A stretch of 64,000 nucleotides of DNA from assembly GCA_964304625.1 (NCBI GenBank), contig OZ199838.1, positions 6,304,144-6,368,143 on the forward strand, read 5' to 3'. The translations under genes were made by a program, and so were the position numbers. This document shows positions 39,353-53,514 of the stretch, piece by piece; the stretch's first letter is position 1; each line of letters starts with the position of its first letter. This stretch comes from Kudoa neothunni. Taxonomy: Eukaryota > Animalia > Cnidaria. The notes under the pieces were generated by a model. That model made no database searches. It saw nothing but the letters and a program-made list of their open reading frames with translations, and was not told where the DNA came from.

Positions 39353-41460
39353 GGTTAAAGTTCACTTTAGCCCCATACCTTTCGGTAATAATCGGAACCC
39401 GAAAAAACTTCGGATTGGGTATTATTCGCGTCAGCGATGAAGCCTTTATTTCCACGATGATTGCATTTGTTGATGGCTTATGGCCTCACAGTTCCATATC
39501 TTAATTATATGCATTCATCTACTAATTATATTAACGAGAACTATAAATATTTTGGGTTTTGTAAATTGCGCATGCTCCAAAAAATTTTAATATTAAAACA
39601 CATGTACGTAAAATGTTGGCTTAAAATTATAAAAGTAATTAATTATTACAATAAAGTTGAAAAACATAGATTAGTTACACTTTAATAATTAAATATTACA
39701 GGTTAATTTTTATTTAAATTAGATTGTAAACGAAATCATGTGACATTATTCAGTGGATGACACTTAATAATGTCTGGAGCTAGAATTTTGAATAATTGAT
39801 TTCATAAGTTGCCTTTCTTATATAATAACTTTTTCAAGCAAAAAATTATTTTGCCAAAATATATTTTTTATATTAGACTAGTAGGTTAGAGGAATCGTGA
39901 AATAATTAATCGATGATGAATATGCTTACTTAAAGACTTAAAAACCGTATATTTGCTGTCTATTACAGACGTAAATCTAAACCTTTCTCAGTTAAATTAT
40001 TATTTGATCCAACTTAATTAAACGCTTTAAGTTTCAAACAAGCTAAAATCGGACAATTGGAATATGCTAACTTTTAATATTATATCTTTAGTTAAGTTTT
40101 GAAATGGTTTTTTAACTTAATCATAAAATATTTAAAAATATCAAAATTCAGTTAATATGATAATTAATACTATTAAGATCACCTAACGTTGCGTCTTTTA
40201 TAGAGCTAAATATTCTCGCAACATCACGAAAATTTATGAGAAGACAATAATTATTAATTAAAATTATATATGCTTTTAATTTGTCTAATTAATTTAGTTA
40301 AGAGTTTGTCTTTGCTGACTCTTCGAAAGCACCATTCAGATATATATGAAGAAATCATATCTTTTTTTTTGTTGGTGAAACTTCTATACCTCCGTTTGAA
40401 GACACTCCATATACCTTCAATCCGGTTAGTGTGTACACCTGTTGAGGAGACAAATTCTTTGTCATGAATAACGATCTCATGAAGATACCCAAGTTCGTTT
40501 AATCGTGCGTAACCACGCCATCCATCGGAATGAATTATGGACCATCCTTCAACATGGTTAGTGATGATGTTTTCTAATGTAGCAGCATCCCTTTTTTCAG
40601 TCTCCACCACAAAAACATTCCCATTTTCATCAATGCCACCTACAATCCAGATACTCTGGTTTCGTAGAATTCTGCCGACGCCGAATTTCCTTTCACAAAT
40701 GAGGCTCTCATCGATCTGGACTTTAATTCCAGGACCTCCAATTTTGATCGGGTTTTCCAAAAAATAAGAAAGGCACACGTCTCTTAGAAAATTTTTCCAA
40801 TCGACCACTGTATTGGCAGACCCAATGTCACATTCTCTCATTAGAAATTCTTGGGTCGTTACACCTCTACTCCACAAATATATAAATTTTATGAGGGAAT
40901 ATAAAGAGAGGTGCGAATTCGATAAAAATGGCTCAGTTCTTAATGAGGATTCTCGGTGGCAATTTTTTCTCTTGCAACGGAAGCTATATCCATCGACAGA
41001 GGACTTCCTTAGATATAATTTCATAATATCTCCACAAGAACAAATTTTGATTTTGGGTAAAAGTCCAAGTCCTTGTAGAAATAATACTAACTCCTGTAGA
41101 TTATTTTTAAAATAAACAATATCGACGAATTTGAGGTTATCAATATTATATTCCATAATCTTAGTTTGGTTGATAAAAATAGCGCTTGTGCGTGTAAAAA
41201 TTTATAATTAAGTTATCCCATCAAATAAATAATTAAAATGGTTAGAATTATATTCATTAAATAATTAGTTATTATATACTTGGCCCAAACTCACAAGAAC
41301 GTATTAATTAGGGATAACCTCATTTCATCGAAAGTTAACGAGTGTTTCGCGGGATTACACGTAATTAATCTATAACTCGGCTGGTTACATCGTACAACGA
41401 TACCCGGATTTCGGGTTCCGATTATTACCGAAAGGTATGGGGCTAAAGTGAACTTTAACC
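39353..41460 (-). mobile_element. Merlin (IS1016/ISXO2-like) DNA transposon
   Basis: Perfect 52-bp TIRs GGTTAAAGTTCACTTTAGCCCCATACCTTTCGGTAATAATCGGAACCCGAAA. Confidence 0.92.
40254..41156 (-). CDS. Merlin transposase, 300 aa, apparently intact
   Basis: N-terminal zinc finger CSCG..CKRKNC, then VQIDES, WIVGGID, IHSDGWRGY, HTNRIEGIWS. Confidence 0.92.
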   Translation of the reverse strand: MEYNIDNLKFVDIVYFKNNLQELVLFLQGLGLLPKIKICSCGDIMKLYLRKSSVDGYSFRCKRKNCHRESSLRTEPFLSNSHLSLYSLIKFIYLWSRGVTTQEFLMRECDIGSANTVVDWKNFLRDVCLSYFLENPIKIGGPGIKVQIDESLICERKFGVGRILRNQSIWIVGGIDENGNVFVVETEKRDAATLENIITNHVEGWSIIHSDGWRGYARLNELGYLHEIVIHDKEFVSSTGVHTNRIEGIWSVFKRRYRSFTNKKKDMISSYISEWCFRRVSKDKLLTKLIRQIKSIYNFN

Positions 41461-42223
41461 GCTTCGATTTTATTTGTATGTACACCAGTACCAGAAAAAA
41501 ACGAATACATGTGACAGACTGTATTGTAAACAAATCCTAAATCGTTCAGACGATTATAACCCCTCCATTTATCTGCCCAGATAAAAAAATTCTCTTCAAC
41601 ATTATCAAGACTAATTTTTTAAAGCACATCATTGCTTCTCCTCTTCGCCAATCCAAAAAAACATTCAGCTTCCTCATCTATACCACCAAAAATCCAGTAT
41701 TGCTGGGCTTTTAGCAGTCTACCAGCATTATATTTTCTTTTAGTTACTACAGTTTCATCGATCTGGACAACGACATTTGTACTGCCATTTTTTTTCGTTC
41801 ATCCGTAATCTTCAATGTAACAATACTTCTAAACAATTCAGACCAATCATTTATTGTTTTTGAAGACAGAATTCCAACGTACTTTTGTATTTCTTCGTAG
41901 GTAACCTTGTTAAATTGAATTTTTACTAGGAAAGATGCAAATAGTTTCCATAGCGGCAGTTTGGAATGCTGAAATATTGGTCAAACTCGTAGACTTTGCT
42001 TTTGTCAACAATCAGGACATCGGAAGAAAAGCAGATCTTGGCAATTTTTAATTGATACGAGATTCACCATCGTCCCGCAAATACACTTTTTCTCTAATGA
42101 AATCAGGCCAAGATTCTGAAATGTTTTGATAATATATATTATATCTACCCGGAAAAATGCACAATCCATCATATCGACGGAAGCAATATTTTGCAAATCA
42201 AAATTTTCCCTAAAGTTTTCCAT
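41461..42223 (-). pseudogene. Second, diverged Merlin transposase truncated at the neighbouring Merlin TIR
   Basis: CICG..CPDC, VVQIDETVVTKRKY, YWIFGGID, ADKWRGYNRL, and GVHTNKIEA ending directly at the TIR. Contains stops and frameshifts. Confidence 0.85.
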
Positions 42224-43033
42224 TTTCCGAGGGCGCGGTGAAAGTTTCCGACTGCCGCCCCCTTTTATATAAATCACCTTGTTTTTCCCCCAAAAAACAG
42301 TTATAAAAATAACATAAATATAAAAAATTTATAACTTTTGTTTCGATATAAAACTTGAAACTGATTTCGGTCCGATAAGAAGTTATCTAAGTTTGGTACA
42401 ACATGTAATTCTAATCATAAGCAATGCATAAGATGTTCACCTGACAACTCATTTCATTGAAGGGATCTAGTTTGTTTTTCAGTTGTGAGGCCCGATTAAG
42501 GCTATGAATGACCCGTCGCCTATTGTATAGTTTAAAAAATCACAATATTGATAATATTTTTCATCACAATTAAGAATTATGATTTTTTCAAACATTAAAT
42601 TTATAGTTTAATAATTTAATCATATTCAAGTTGTGTAGCTCCAAAAAAGGAGATTCATTTACCGAATTTTTAATTTTTTATTATTTATTAACTACTATTT
42701 GAACACAGGTGCATAATTTTGTAAAATATATATGACGCTAACGAACATTTGAGAAACGGTGATCATTGCTTCGTCATTTTGAATTTATAGTATCAGTCCG
42801 ATTAATTTAACTTATCAATTTAATCAATTAAGAATTTTAAAGTAATAGAGACAGGAATCGATTGAACCTTGAAGCGTGAATCTTATCGATTGTTATATTT
42901 TACATTCAGGATGTTGCTATATTAGCGTGTTGATTGACTCTTATTTGAATTAAAAAATAAACACCTCACAAGGAACTAAATGAAGTGTTCAATTCAACGT
43001 TCATTTAGTGAGTTAATGTACTGATAGCTTTTA

Positions 43034-46000
43034 GGCACTGGCTATTCTTACGACAACGAATATCTTTTTTCTTACTAAAGATATTTTAAATATGAATTTA
43101 AAAACATTTTACTACATTTTTTTCCCACAAAAATTCAAGTTTTTATAAATTATTATTGCAATAAAACTAATACATATATTTTGGCCTTATTTCGCCATTA
43201 CAAGCACTAAAAATGATTAAAGCCAGATCTTCATTAACATTTACGACATTTTAAAGCATTTTTGAATCGAAAAATCATGAAAATTGTGCTAATGTAACTT
43301 CATTTGCATTGGAGACCATTAGCCCACGTGTCAACGTTACGGTCTGGTACAAATTAATTGTTTGAAATGGTATCATTTTATAAGATATTTACAGAAAAAT
43401 ACAACTAATATTAATCAAATTTATAATTTTTTTAAGCCAAATAGACGGAACTCAAAATATCATGTCATCACTTCATAATTCAAGTTATTTAACATTAAAA
43501 TATAAATCGAAAAACATAATTAGCAACCAATATTTGGGAAATGTCATAATTAATTAACTTTTATTATCAACTATCTATTGAAATTTTATTTATGTTTTTT
43601 CTTCGGAAGTCCAATAGTAGTTAATCTGCTACCCCCGGGATTTCCGACAGACTCGACTTTGGAAGGAATGGGTATATCTAAAAATTTTTTATAATTAATA
43701 AAAAATTAGTTACTTTTATATGTATCATTAATTTTTTCCTGATTCATACTTTTACTAGCAAAGCTTTCAGCTAAATACATTACCATCACTAAGTACTACG
43801 GTTAGTTTACCGTATTTTTCTTCAGTATATTCATCATCTAAGTTTAAATTATATTAATAAAATATTTTCATTTACGAAATACTTGTGTAAGACAATTCAC
43901 TTTCAGGATTGGAGGATATGATTTCAATGAAAGCGTTATCTTCTCTCAAATTTATTTTCACTAATATACTTTACACATTTGCAACAAATAGTAAATAACT
44001 TAGTTCATTTATAGTAGACATCATTTTCGTATCATGATTTTTAATCACACATTCAAGTCTTCTAAAAACTTCAATGGAAGTTTGAAAATAATCTCCGCAA
44101 AACTCTGCAGATGTAGTCGCCAACTTTTTTGTAAGCACTGAAGACAGTCTTAATCTTTGAGAAAAGGTTTGGATAGTGTCTTTAGGTTTGATTTTTACAA
44201 CTCCCTCATCATGAAAATCTTTACAATTGTTAACATTTAGAACATTTAAGAAATTATTCGCATGCTCCCTAGCCCAACGAGAATGGCACAATGATCCATC
44301 AAACAAGTTGATTAAGTTGAGTGCACGTTTTTGTAGAATATGACGACAAGGAAGCTTGAATGCTTTATGCATTGAACAATTACAGGAGTTATAACTGGAA
44401 TTTTCTTCTAAAGTGGCGTCCTTTATTTTTGATAATTCTTCCTGGATCATACTTGAAGAATAGGGCGTAAGATAATTATGATATTTTTTGAAAGTCTCAT
44501 TATCGTTGGAAGAATCGTATGGTTTTGTTAGTTCCATAGCAATGGTGCTTTGCCGCTCAATCCTTTGCGATTTCAAAAATCGGAAGAAATTGTCGAAAAA
44601 ATCACTCAAAGTTGAAAACTTTTTCACTACAGTTTTTAGTTTTGCATTAATGGATTCAATTCTGTTATTCGTTGTATTATTATAGTAATGCTCAGCCATA
44701 CTTAATCCAATTATCCATTCCTGGTAAATGGGTAGCCAATTCTTTTTGAAATAATCATTAAGTTCCTCAACTCCGAGGTCAAAAAGTTCACAACATAGGC
44801 GGTCAAAATTTTCCATGTTCTTGACATAAGTAATTTTTTCTAATATTTGAAGAATAAGTGTTTTTGTTTCAGTTGTTATACCATACTTTCCGACTTTTAT
44901 TTCCCGCTGGAACGCTTGTAATACATGGAATTTACATAGTATCAACTTTGTGGAAGGAAATACGAAACTTAAACATTTTCGTAACAAATGGTCTTTGTCA
45001 GTTATTATTGACATCGTTTTGGATTGTAACCACGGTGCAGCATCTAACAATTCGTTCAGAAATCATGTTATGGCTTCTGCTGTCTCCTCATGTAAAATAC
45101 AGGCACTAATGATATGGGTTAAACCAAAAGAGTCTTGAGATGCAGTTAAATAAAGAGGAGCTCTACAAGTACAATCATCATTTGTTATAAAATAGGGTTT
45201 TCGTACCTTGAATCCAACAGCTTATAAGTGGCATCTATGAATAATAGCTCAGGAAAACATTCAAGAACATGGAGCATTCCGTTATCCACGAAGAAAATTC
45301 CATTGACAGAATTTTAACTCTGCAATTATAATCATTTTTCAATATTGTAATAACGGAATCAATATTTTTCGGTTCGAAGGTAGAAACAGTCTTTACATTA
45401 TGGATAGATTTTAATGTAATTTTCTTTCCGGTTTCTTCGCTTAATTTACATTGAATTAACCTTTTATTTGCTCCTAATGATATTAACTCCGATATTATTG
45501 GATCATCAAGGTTAAATTTTCTTTGTGGAGGAAGGTTTTCGAATATTCTTTGATCGCAGGAATGGTTATGGATTAAATTTAGCGATTTCACCTCCAAAAA
45601 GTTACCGTCCACAGTGCTCCGGAGCGAGATACTAAATGGGCATTTCTTCTTAAATGATAATTTGTTTCTATCTCCACTGTTTTTGCGTTTGTAAGGAACA
45701 CCGAAGAAACACATGTAATTAATGTCATAATAAACCAACTGAGAATTTATGGATCTGTTTACTCTTCGTTGTGCATTTGAAATTTTTCTCGAATGTCTAA
45801 TTTTTAAGACAATAATATTAATAAAATTTATTTAATGTAATTATTATGAAATATAATTAAACTCAATATCTTTCCAGATACTTAACCTGAAAAATATATA
45901 TCATTTTGAACGAAATAATAGGCAGTTATGTCGCTATACTCACCAAGATACATGAAGTATGTTTTAAACAAATAGAACAAATTAGATTATTAATTTTAAA

Positions 46001-46383
46001 AATAAGCTTTTAAAATTGCATTTTGGATCTAAATGCAATTAAAATGTGATGTAGTTCGTGACGCAATAATCGAATGAGGTCTTAACATTGACACGTGGGC
46101 TAATGGCGTCCATTGCAAATGAAGTTACATTAACACAATTTTCATGATTTTTCGATCCAAAAATACTTTAAAATGTCGTAAATATTAATGAAGATCTGGT
46201 TTTGGTTTTAATCATTTTTAGTACTTGTAATGGCGAAATATATGTATTAGTTTTATCGAAATAATAATTTATAAAAACCTAAATTTTTGTAGGGAAAAAA
46301 TGTAATAAAATGTTTTTAAATTCATATTTAAAATATCTTTAGTAAGAAAAAAGATATTCGTTGTCGTAAGAATAGCCAGTGCC
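43034..46383 (-). mobile_element. Mutator/MULE DNA transposon
   Basis: TIRs of about 300 bp starting GGCACTGGCTATTCTTACGAC; exact 9-bp TSD TAGCTTTTA. Confidence 0.93.
43618..45904 (-). pseudogene. MULE transposase with SWIM zinc finger (ZSWIM3-like), frameshifted and probably intron-containing
   Basis: FAR1/WRKY-like KKCPF..HNH, MULE IITDKD..LCKFH, TNNRIESIN, SWIM CNC..LPCRH. The frame is broken at about 45050-45300. Boundaries are approximate. Confidence 0.8.
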
Positions 46384-46999
46384 TAGCTTTTAAGCGAAAC
46401 GATTTAGTTAAACGCACGCATGCGCGATTGAATCTTAAGGGGGATACGGCGACCCGTACTTTGGTGAACCCTGTACTAGATACTAGATGATTAACATTTG
46501 AGCCCAGATGAGTTTTATTCTTTCAAAACTATGGAAAAATAATTCCTACTGCAAAATATGAGATTGTTTTTATATTCATGTACAATTCCCACACTTTTAT
46601 CATAAATACAAAGCTAATAGCATAATTAAGGGTTTTTATTAATAAAATTAAATAGAATATTTTATTTCCCGCCTATTTAGGATTGAAAATATTACGATAG
46701 ATAATCCGATCGAATTTTAGAAAATTTTATTATTAGCTCATTTCATCAAAGTAGTTGCAATGAGAAGCTACAAGATTATTATTAAATAAATAAAAATAAA
46801 CTTGGAACACAGAAAGAAATAACATATCGATTTATTCTAACTATTTTAAAAGGTTAAATTTTACCGCTTCATTGAAAAGATTATATTTAGGAGGTTGTAA
46901 AATAGGCAAATAAAAACTGACAACAAACAGAAAACAAATAATCAAAACTAGATAGGTTGCACATGTTTTTTTTATTAATCGAATAAGTTTTTACCATAA

Positions 47000-49780
47000 G
47001 TTGATTATGTCTCGGAATTTGGATTTTGTGAATAGTTGAATCCATTTGTATTGGAATAAGTTCATGAACTGATGGTATAACTGCTCCGTTTCTCCCTGAA
47101 ATTTAATTTAAACAAATTAAATATGTATTAGTGATAGAATTATTAATTTTTTTATTCGGCCTAAATTATTATTTTTACGTAGAATTTAAGCCTGATTTTA
47201 TTTTGATTCACTTAAGATTTACCTTATTATTTCTAGTTTTTAGCATTGAGCTTTGTTGAAAGTTCTGGCGAGAATAATACTTTTCAAACTGTTTTTTGAA
47301 TCAAAGAGTATACAATAAAATACTTATCTGGACAAAATCCTATGATACTACAAAATTGTTTGGAGTGGACATAAAACGCACAACTTAAAACCATAGAGTA
47401 TAACGAAGTACACTTTATGAATTAGAAGAATGTAAATACAATTGGATACGCTTTTGGCTGATGACACCATCCTAGCCTTGATAAATTCAGAAAATATCTA
47501 AACATAATATAAAAATAAAATTAAGAGAATATTAGATAACCAAACAAATAATGCAGCCCCCAAGACGCCTTAATAAGATTATTATAGTTACCATCATTTA
47601 ATACAATCTACATTCAAACACAAATAAACAAATAAATATATATACTAGTGTTGTTTGCGTCACAAATGACTACTTTATCACACAGTACTTCGTTAGGTAA
47701 TATGAGATTAACGTATGAATCAAAAGGGACGTTATGAATGTTGGTATTTTGACATTAGATGGGGTTTATTTAAAACTATGAAATGAGAACACTTTAAATT
47801 TTTTCATTTCCTTTCAGGTGAGATGTGTCATTAGTAGAGTTATATTCAACAAACTTTCTTTTATGTTTGAAGATAGAACCAACTTTTTTTGAATCAGCTA
47901 CAACAGGGTCAGAGCAAAGTTGAACCAATGTAATGATACGTTTGCATTTTTATTATAATACGTTGAATTATTGGAAGTACCTGCATATTCTAATAATCAT
48001 AAATGATAATAGATTGGTTTGCTTTTTTTGCCTTACTCGATATAATGATGAGAACGCAGTATGATATAACTTTCTTCATTAGAAATTGAGATATTGGCGG
48101 TAAAGTGTGGCTAAATTGTCTTTAATAATTATATTTAATCTCTAGTTTTAATTGTTAACCATAGTCATATCTATAAAAAAATAAATATAAGCCTGCTAAT
48201 TATATTTTATTTAATTTATATTATATTATATTATATTATAAGAAAAAATTCAGATTAGTTTACTCACATTTGTATTATTCCAAAATAACAATTTCTGAAA
48301 GATTGAAATATATTTGCAAGCAAGGTCTAAATTTATATTTTACTAAGAGAAGATATCCGAATTATTGTAATTTTTCCATTGAATCATTTTATCAGTTAAT
48401 CAACTGGTTGAAAAATAATGATTTATTGATACACTCTAAAGATAATCGCCAATACTAGTGTATTTAATCAAGGTTCACGAAATAAGTTTTAGTTGTGCTT
48501 GTTAAATTTTAGCTTGTGGGAGAATATTAAATGAACAATATTTCATTTATAAAATTTATCTAAACTCTAAATTTTATAGAGATTTGATATGGGTTTAATA
48601 GTTGTTTTCCTGATTAAAACTATGATAAATTATGTACTTTTTTTATCATGCATAAAAACTAATCATCCATAATTGAGCAAGTTTTGGAATAACTGATAAA
48701 CCCAATCAAATCTATAGAAATAGTTATTTTTTATTTTCTTCTCTATAATAACAAAATTAAAAATATCATTTTATTAAGAAACCGTTGATACAACATGGGA
48801 TTCCATTTTTCTGAGGTGGTCTTTATCGCAACAACGTTCCACCATTGATATTCTACATTATCGGTAGATGAAAAATTACACTTATAAACATCAGTATGTA
48901 CCGAACAAGGCTTTATTTGTGATGTGTTTTATGTTGGAATAAATTCAACATTTTAACGTTCCTTATTTTTCAATTTGCTGTGATAGCAAATGAACATTTT
49001 ATAGAATAATCTATCATAGATAAAAAATACCTTTCCGAAAGACGGAATAAAATTAATAATCTGATCCGTTTTTAAGTCGATTCTTCCAAAATAATTCACT
49101 TTGCCTCAATATGTCTAATAATGAAGTTTTCTAAGGTTAAAATAGAAACTGCTATAAATAAAAACAATTAAATCCTTCTAATAAGGAGATAATTCGGATC
49201 TGATTTCACTGTTACAATTTTCGAGCCATAACTATTCATAAATTTGGTTGCCTCAAGATTTTCACAATTATTTGTTCTTCTTAGTGGAAATAAAATTATT
49301 TACATAATGTGAGACTGGGTAACTATAGGCAAATCAGTGAAACGTATATTTGAGAAAATAGGGGACTGTTTGATAGGGTCCTAACCATAAACGTTTTTTA
49401 AATAGAAGCATAACATTCGAGATAGAACGTTAGTTTCTAAGGTGTACTTCTGTCATTAAATTATTTGTAAATACACGTAGACGAATTGAATGCTTAATGC
49501 CTCATCATAAATAGCAATGTTAAATTCGAGTACTTGTAGGCGGTTCATATTACCGAGAATAACCTTTTTAAATAGGAGGATTTTGAGTTTCTCGAATCAG
49601 TAACTTAACCAGCTTTTTAACATCAACATACTTTTTAGACATTTTAAATTTTATATAAGAACAAAATCGGGTAGGAATAAATCATCCTCAAGTGAGTATA
49701 TATTGCAATATATCTTTGTTTGCATCCATTGCTTTAAGAAATAACTATATAAAATTCTTGAATCCTAAATTAAAATTATA
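47000..49780 (-). other. Possible degraded multi-exon gene of unknown identity
   Basis: Short exon-like segments alternate with GT..AG segments of about 40-50 nt (e.g. KPCSVHTDVYKCNFSSTDNVEYQWWNVVAIK). In-frame stops are present and no family is recognised. Confidence 0.25.
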
Positions 49781-50122
49781 AATCTTCTTTATTCAAAACC
49801 CGGTGAAGTACCAAAATTGCAGATGAATCGATCAGTACAGCGGTTTTTAAAATGGGCCCGACAAGAAAGTTTTAACGAAAGGTTCTGCGAAAAAGTTCCA
49901 AGTTCAAAATAAAACTTGTTTTAGCTTCTTCAATATATTGTTCATTGAGACATTTGTTTAAGGTATATTTTATCATTCATAATTATAAAAAGTAAAATAT
50001 TGAAGCTATGGTACATTAAAATTTAGACAGCCGCTATGGTTACGAGTTATAATGATCAGCTAGGACGAGTTTTGACCATATTTATTATTTCCGACCCCGT
50101 CTACAATTCTAATTATCATCAA

Positions 50123-50476
50123 CTAGCCGTAATACCCGGCTAAGCTCGGGGTGTTGAAAATATATAATTCAGGGGAAAAAATTCCAATATAACATCTATA
50201 TACAGATTTATCGACCACAACCTCCACCCCAGATGGCTCTAACCCTCTCGGTCATCCGAAGGTTGATTTAGATGAAAACTTAAAACGCTAAGAAAATACA
50301 ACTAAAAATTGTTCTATTCTTGTGAAATTATAATCATCTCTATTCGGACACAAATTCTACTATTCCTAATAAATTACCTTTAACAATCCCATAAATTTTT
50401 TGAAATTTCACCATTTCTTGAAACACACTATCTTTGGGTAATTCCGAAGTTTGTTTTGTATATATGTATAGACAGA
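50123..50476 (-). mobile_element. Short non-autonomous Helitron-like element
   Basis: On the minus strand it starts A|TCTGTCTATAC and ends with the hairpin CCCGAGCTTAGCCGGG followed by CTAG|T. Confidence 0.5.
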
Positions 50477-50799
50477 TAATATTTGACCTATTCTAACAAT
50501 CTGGCTCTGTAAATCACGTAAAAATATGAGTTTTTCGTATTAAAACTGACGGGCGTCCAAGCGTGTACATTATTTTGGCTTAAACCCCCTGACGAAAGCC
50601 CTGGTTTATAATTGATTAAAAATCGAATGTACATGGCAAAATGTATTGAAAAGCAAGTAGACTCTCAATGACGTCTAAAATATTAAAAACCATTTTTTTA
50701 GTAGAAGTAAATCAATCATGATGTGCCAACAAATCTGTATTAATAACCAATCAGGTGAACATAGAGAATACACTTGTCAGATTCAGATTTTAATGGAAA

Positions 50800-53130
50800 A
50801 ATATCGCGAGAATAAGTCGTAAAGTGATCTCCGAAGAAATATCTGTATCGTTTCACCATCGAATCATAACTTTGAAGAGTTCAAATGGCAGATAGGTAAG
50901 ATTGCCGCTTCTACACTTCGCGCCTCCATTCCACAGTGGAAATTGGGCTTAGAATGTACGCCAACTAACAAGTGTGATCCTTCTAAAATTATAGTTCGAT
51001 ATATTGAAGTGGTTTGGTAAACTTTTGAATTGCTGAAGACGTATTAGATAATACAAAGTAATAGGACCAAAAGATAGTTCATTGCAACCGAAGGACAATA
51101 TGAGTGGTTTAAGGTGAATTCTTGTGGTTATTTATTGAAGCGCTGATGTAGTAGGCTTAAGGAGCCAGATTTCCCCACAAAGCCAATAAATTACGCTTAT
51201 TTTTTTTACCTAGCGAACAACAAAAGTACAAAGATTTAATGTATAGAATTGATGTTCATAAAATAATTATAACAATTATAAAAGGTTATTTTTGCTTTAT
51301 AGCATCTAAAAAATTGATTTCATCATAAACTGGATTCATTAGTCAATGTTCATACTGCCTTGAAAATTTTTCTCCCAAATGTAAGTCAGTTAAGAAAAAC
51401 TAAAATGATATTCAAATTCTTCCCATTTTATCTCCATTTCATTTAAACAAAAAAACATTTTGTTTGAAGACTACTAAAAACTGTAATAATAGTATGGACT
51501 TATAATTTTGTCGAAAAAATCAGTATTTGAATTTTGTAAATAACGATACGATTAATGTGGCATTATAACCGTACATAATTTGATAATTGCGAAAGAACAT
51601 TGCATAAAGTCATTCTGAATAATAAAAGATTCAATCACAAAAGAAAATTCTAATAATTTTTTAATAAAGTTCCATAATTATATCGATTCAAAGCATATTT
51701 AGGATATAGACGACTTATTGGAATTTTTGAAATAGATTTTTTTAAGCATAGTTGACCAAATCTTGCGGAGTAATATTATTAAACATGCTCTTCCAAGCTT
51801 GTTCTATATTTTGCAACAGACTTCTGTCTTCATTAGGATCATCTAATTTTGAGAGTTAATAGGAATGATTAATTTAATGTTTATGCTACTTGATGAGGTT
51901 CGATTAGTACGTCTAGGATGATTCATAAATTTAGATAATAATTTAATATAAAATAATAAATTACCCTCTCATAAACCTTGATAACACAATATCCATGCCA
52001 TTGATAGTCGAGTGAAGAATTCTTTAAGCGATTTACATATCAAATTGAACATACAGAATATACCTATCAGGACAAACTCTAGAGTCATAACAATAATTTT
52101 TGCCATATGAACCCAATACATATGTAGAAAACATATTTATCATTCTTTCGCACTACAGAAACTAACTAAAATTACCAAGGATATTACATACCAATCCATT
52201 TGACGATTGGCCACAGTAACGAATGTATAAGGAAGAATTTGTTGAAGGTGTCAGTATATATTTTATTGATTCGGAGATAACCTATATTTATCGTTGATAT
52301 GTTCCAATTTCAAATATAGTAATTATCACTAAGCACGATAAACAATTTTGTTGGGATCGTAATGATACAACTAACAATACAAATCAGAATAAACCAATAT
52401 TCTCTATAATAAGATGTCCCAAATAATAATGAATTATAAACCTGTGTTGTTATCGTTACAAACCACCATATTTTCGCACATAAAATCGATTGGAAACATA
52501 TTATTCATGTATGCTTCAAAAGGGATTTGATAGTAATGATGATCTTGGCACTAAACCTTATTTATTGAACGCATACAAACTGATAAATACAACGTATTCG
52601 TTTGAATTTTGGCATCGCTGCCTGACCATATTTCGCACAGCATTCAATAAGGAATATATAACATTCACCGATAGAGTCAATCTGGTTGGTGAAACCTATA
52701 ACATTTAGACTGATAACTAAACGCCAAACACGAGTTGTACATCCTGACTATTAGTCAAAGGATTCCCGTATGCTATGGTGTAATCTAATAAAGATTGTAT
52801 TACGATAGATATAATGCACTTTTACTTGAAAAAACGATCAAGAAACAAATTTTTAGAATAGTATCTTTCATTTTATTGCTGAGCACTTTAAAGAGTTAAT
52901 AATGAACCCTTAAATAGTTAGCTGTTATCAATTAAATTCATAACTGTAGATAAAACTTTATTCTAACAGAAAACCTGACAAGCCAAGTTTAAAATTGAGC
53001 TCCACATGGAACAAATATCCATTGAATTCTCTAGACAGATATTACAATTTTCTTAACTCTATCTCATCGGCAGTCATTCACCAATAATCATAATTTCAGA
53101 CCAATTTCAACATTACCCCACATATTCAGA
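50800..53130 (-). other. Possible multi-exon gene or pseudogene, Cys-rich, unidentified
   Basis: Several splice-able exons, e.g. VSPTRLTLSVNVIYSLLNAVRNMVRQRCQ, CQDHHYYQIPFEAYMNNMFPIDF, CERMINMFSTYVLGSYGKNYCYDSRVCPD. Confidence 0.3.
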
Positions 53131-53514
53131 TGACTTTAAAATAAAAGAAAATCTGTGTAATTATTAAATTAGTCATTTTATTTTCGATGCAAAATAAAGA
53201 TAAAACTCAGTTTTTCAAGGAGATAATAATAAAGCTATATCTAATCTAAAAAACTAAGTTAATCCAATTCTTTCGGTTTTTTGTCATCATTATGATGATA
53301 ACAGTCTCCAAGGAGTCTTAAGGGAATTTCCGATAGCTTCATTTTATTTGTATTGTTTTATATATAAGCAAAGCGTTAAGTTATTTGACACCTAGTGGGC
53401 TAATAAAACGCGGAATTTTTTGCATTCGATTTCCAATTTATTGCAAGAAAAAGCGTAAAATAGAAACTCATAAAACGTTGATAAACTACAATAACAACAT
53501 TGTTAATCCAAAAA

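Noticed and set aside
48900-52070. In-frame TAA codons suggesting an alternative genetic code
   Set aside because: Intact genes (HAP2, UNC-45, SEM1, Merlin) end in TAA and have no internal TAA. These cases are introns or decay.
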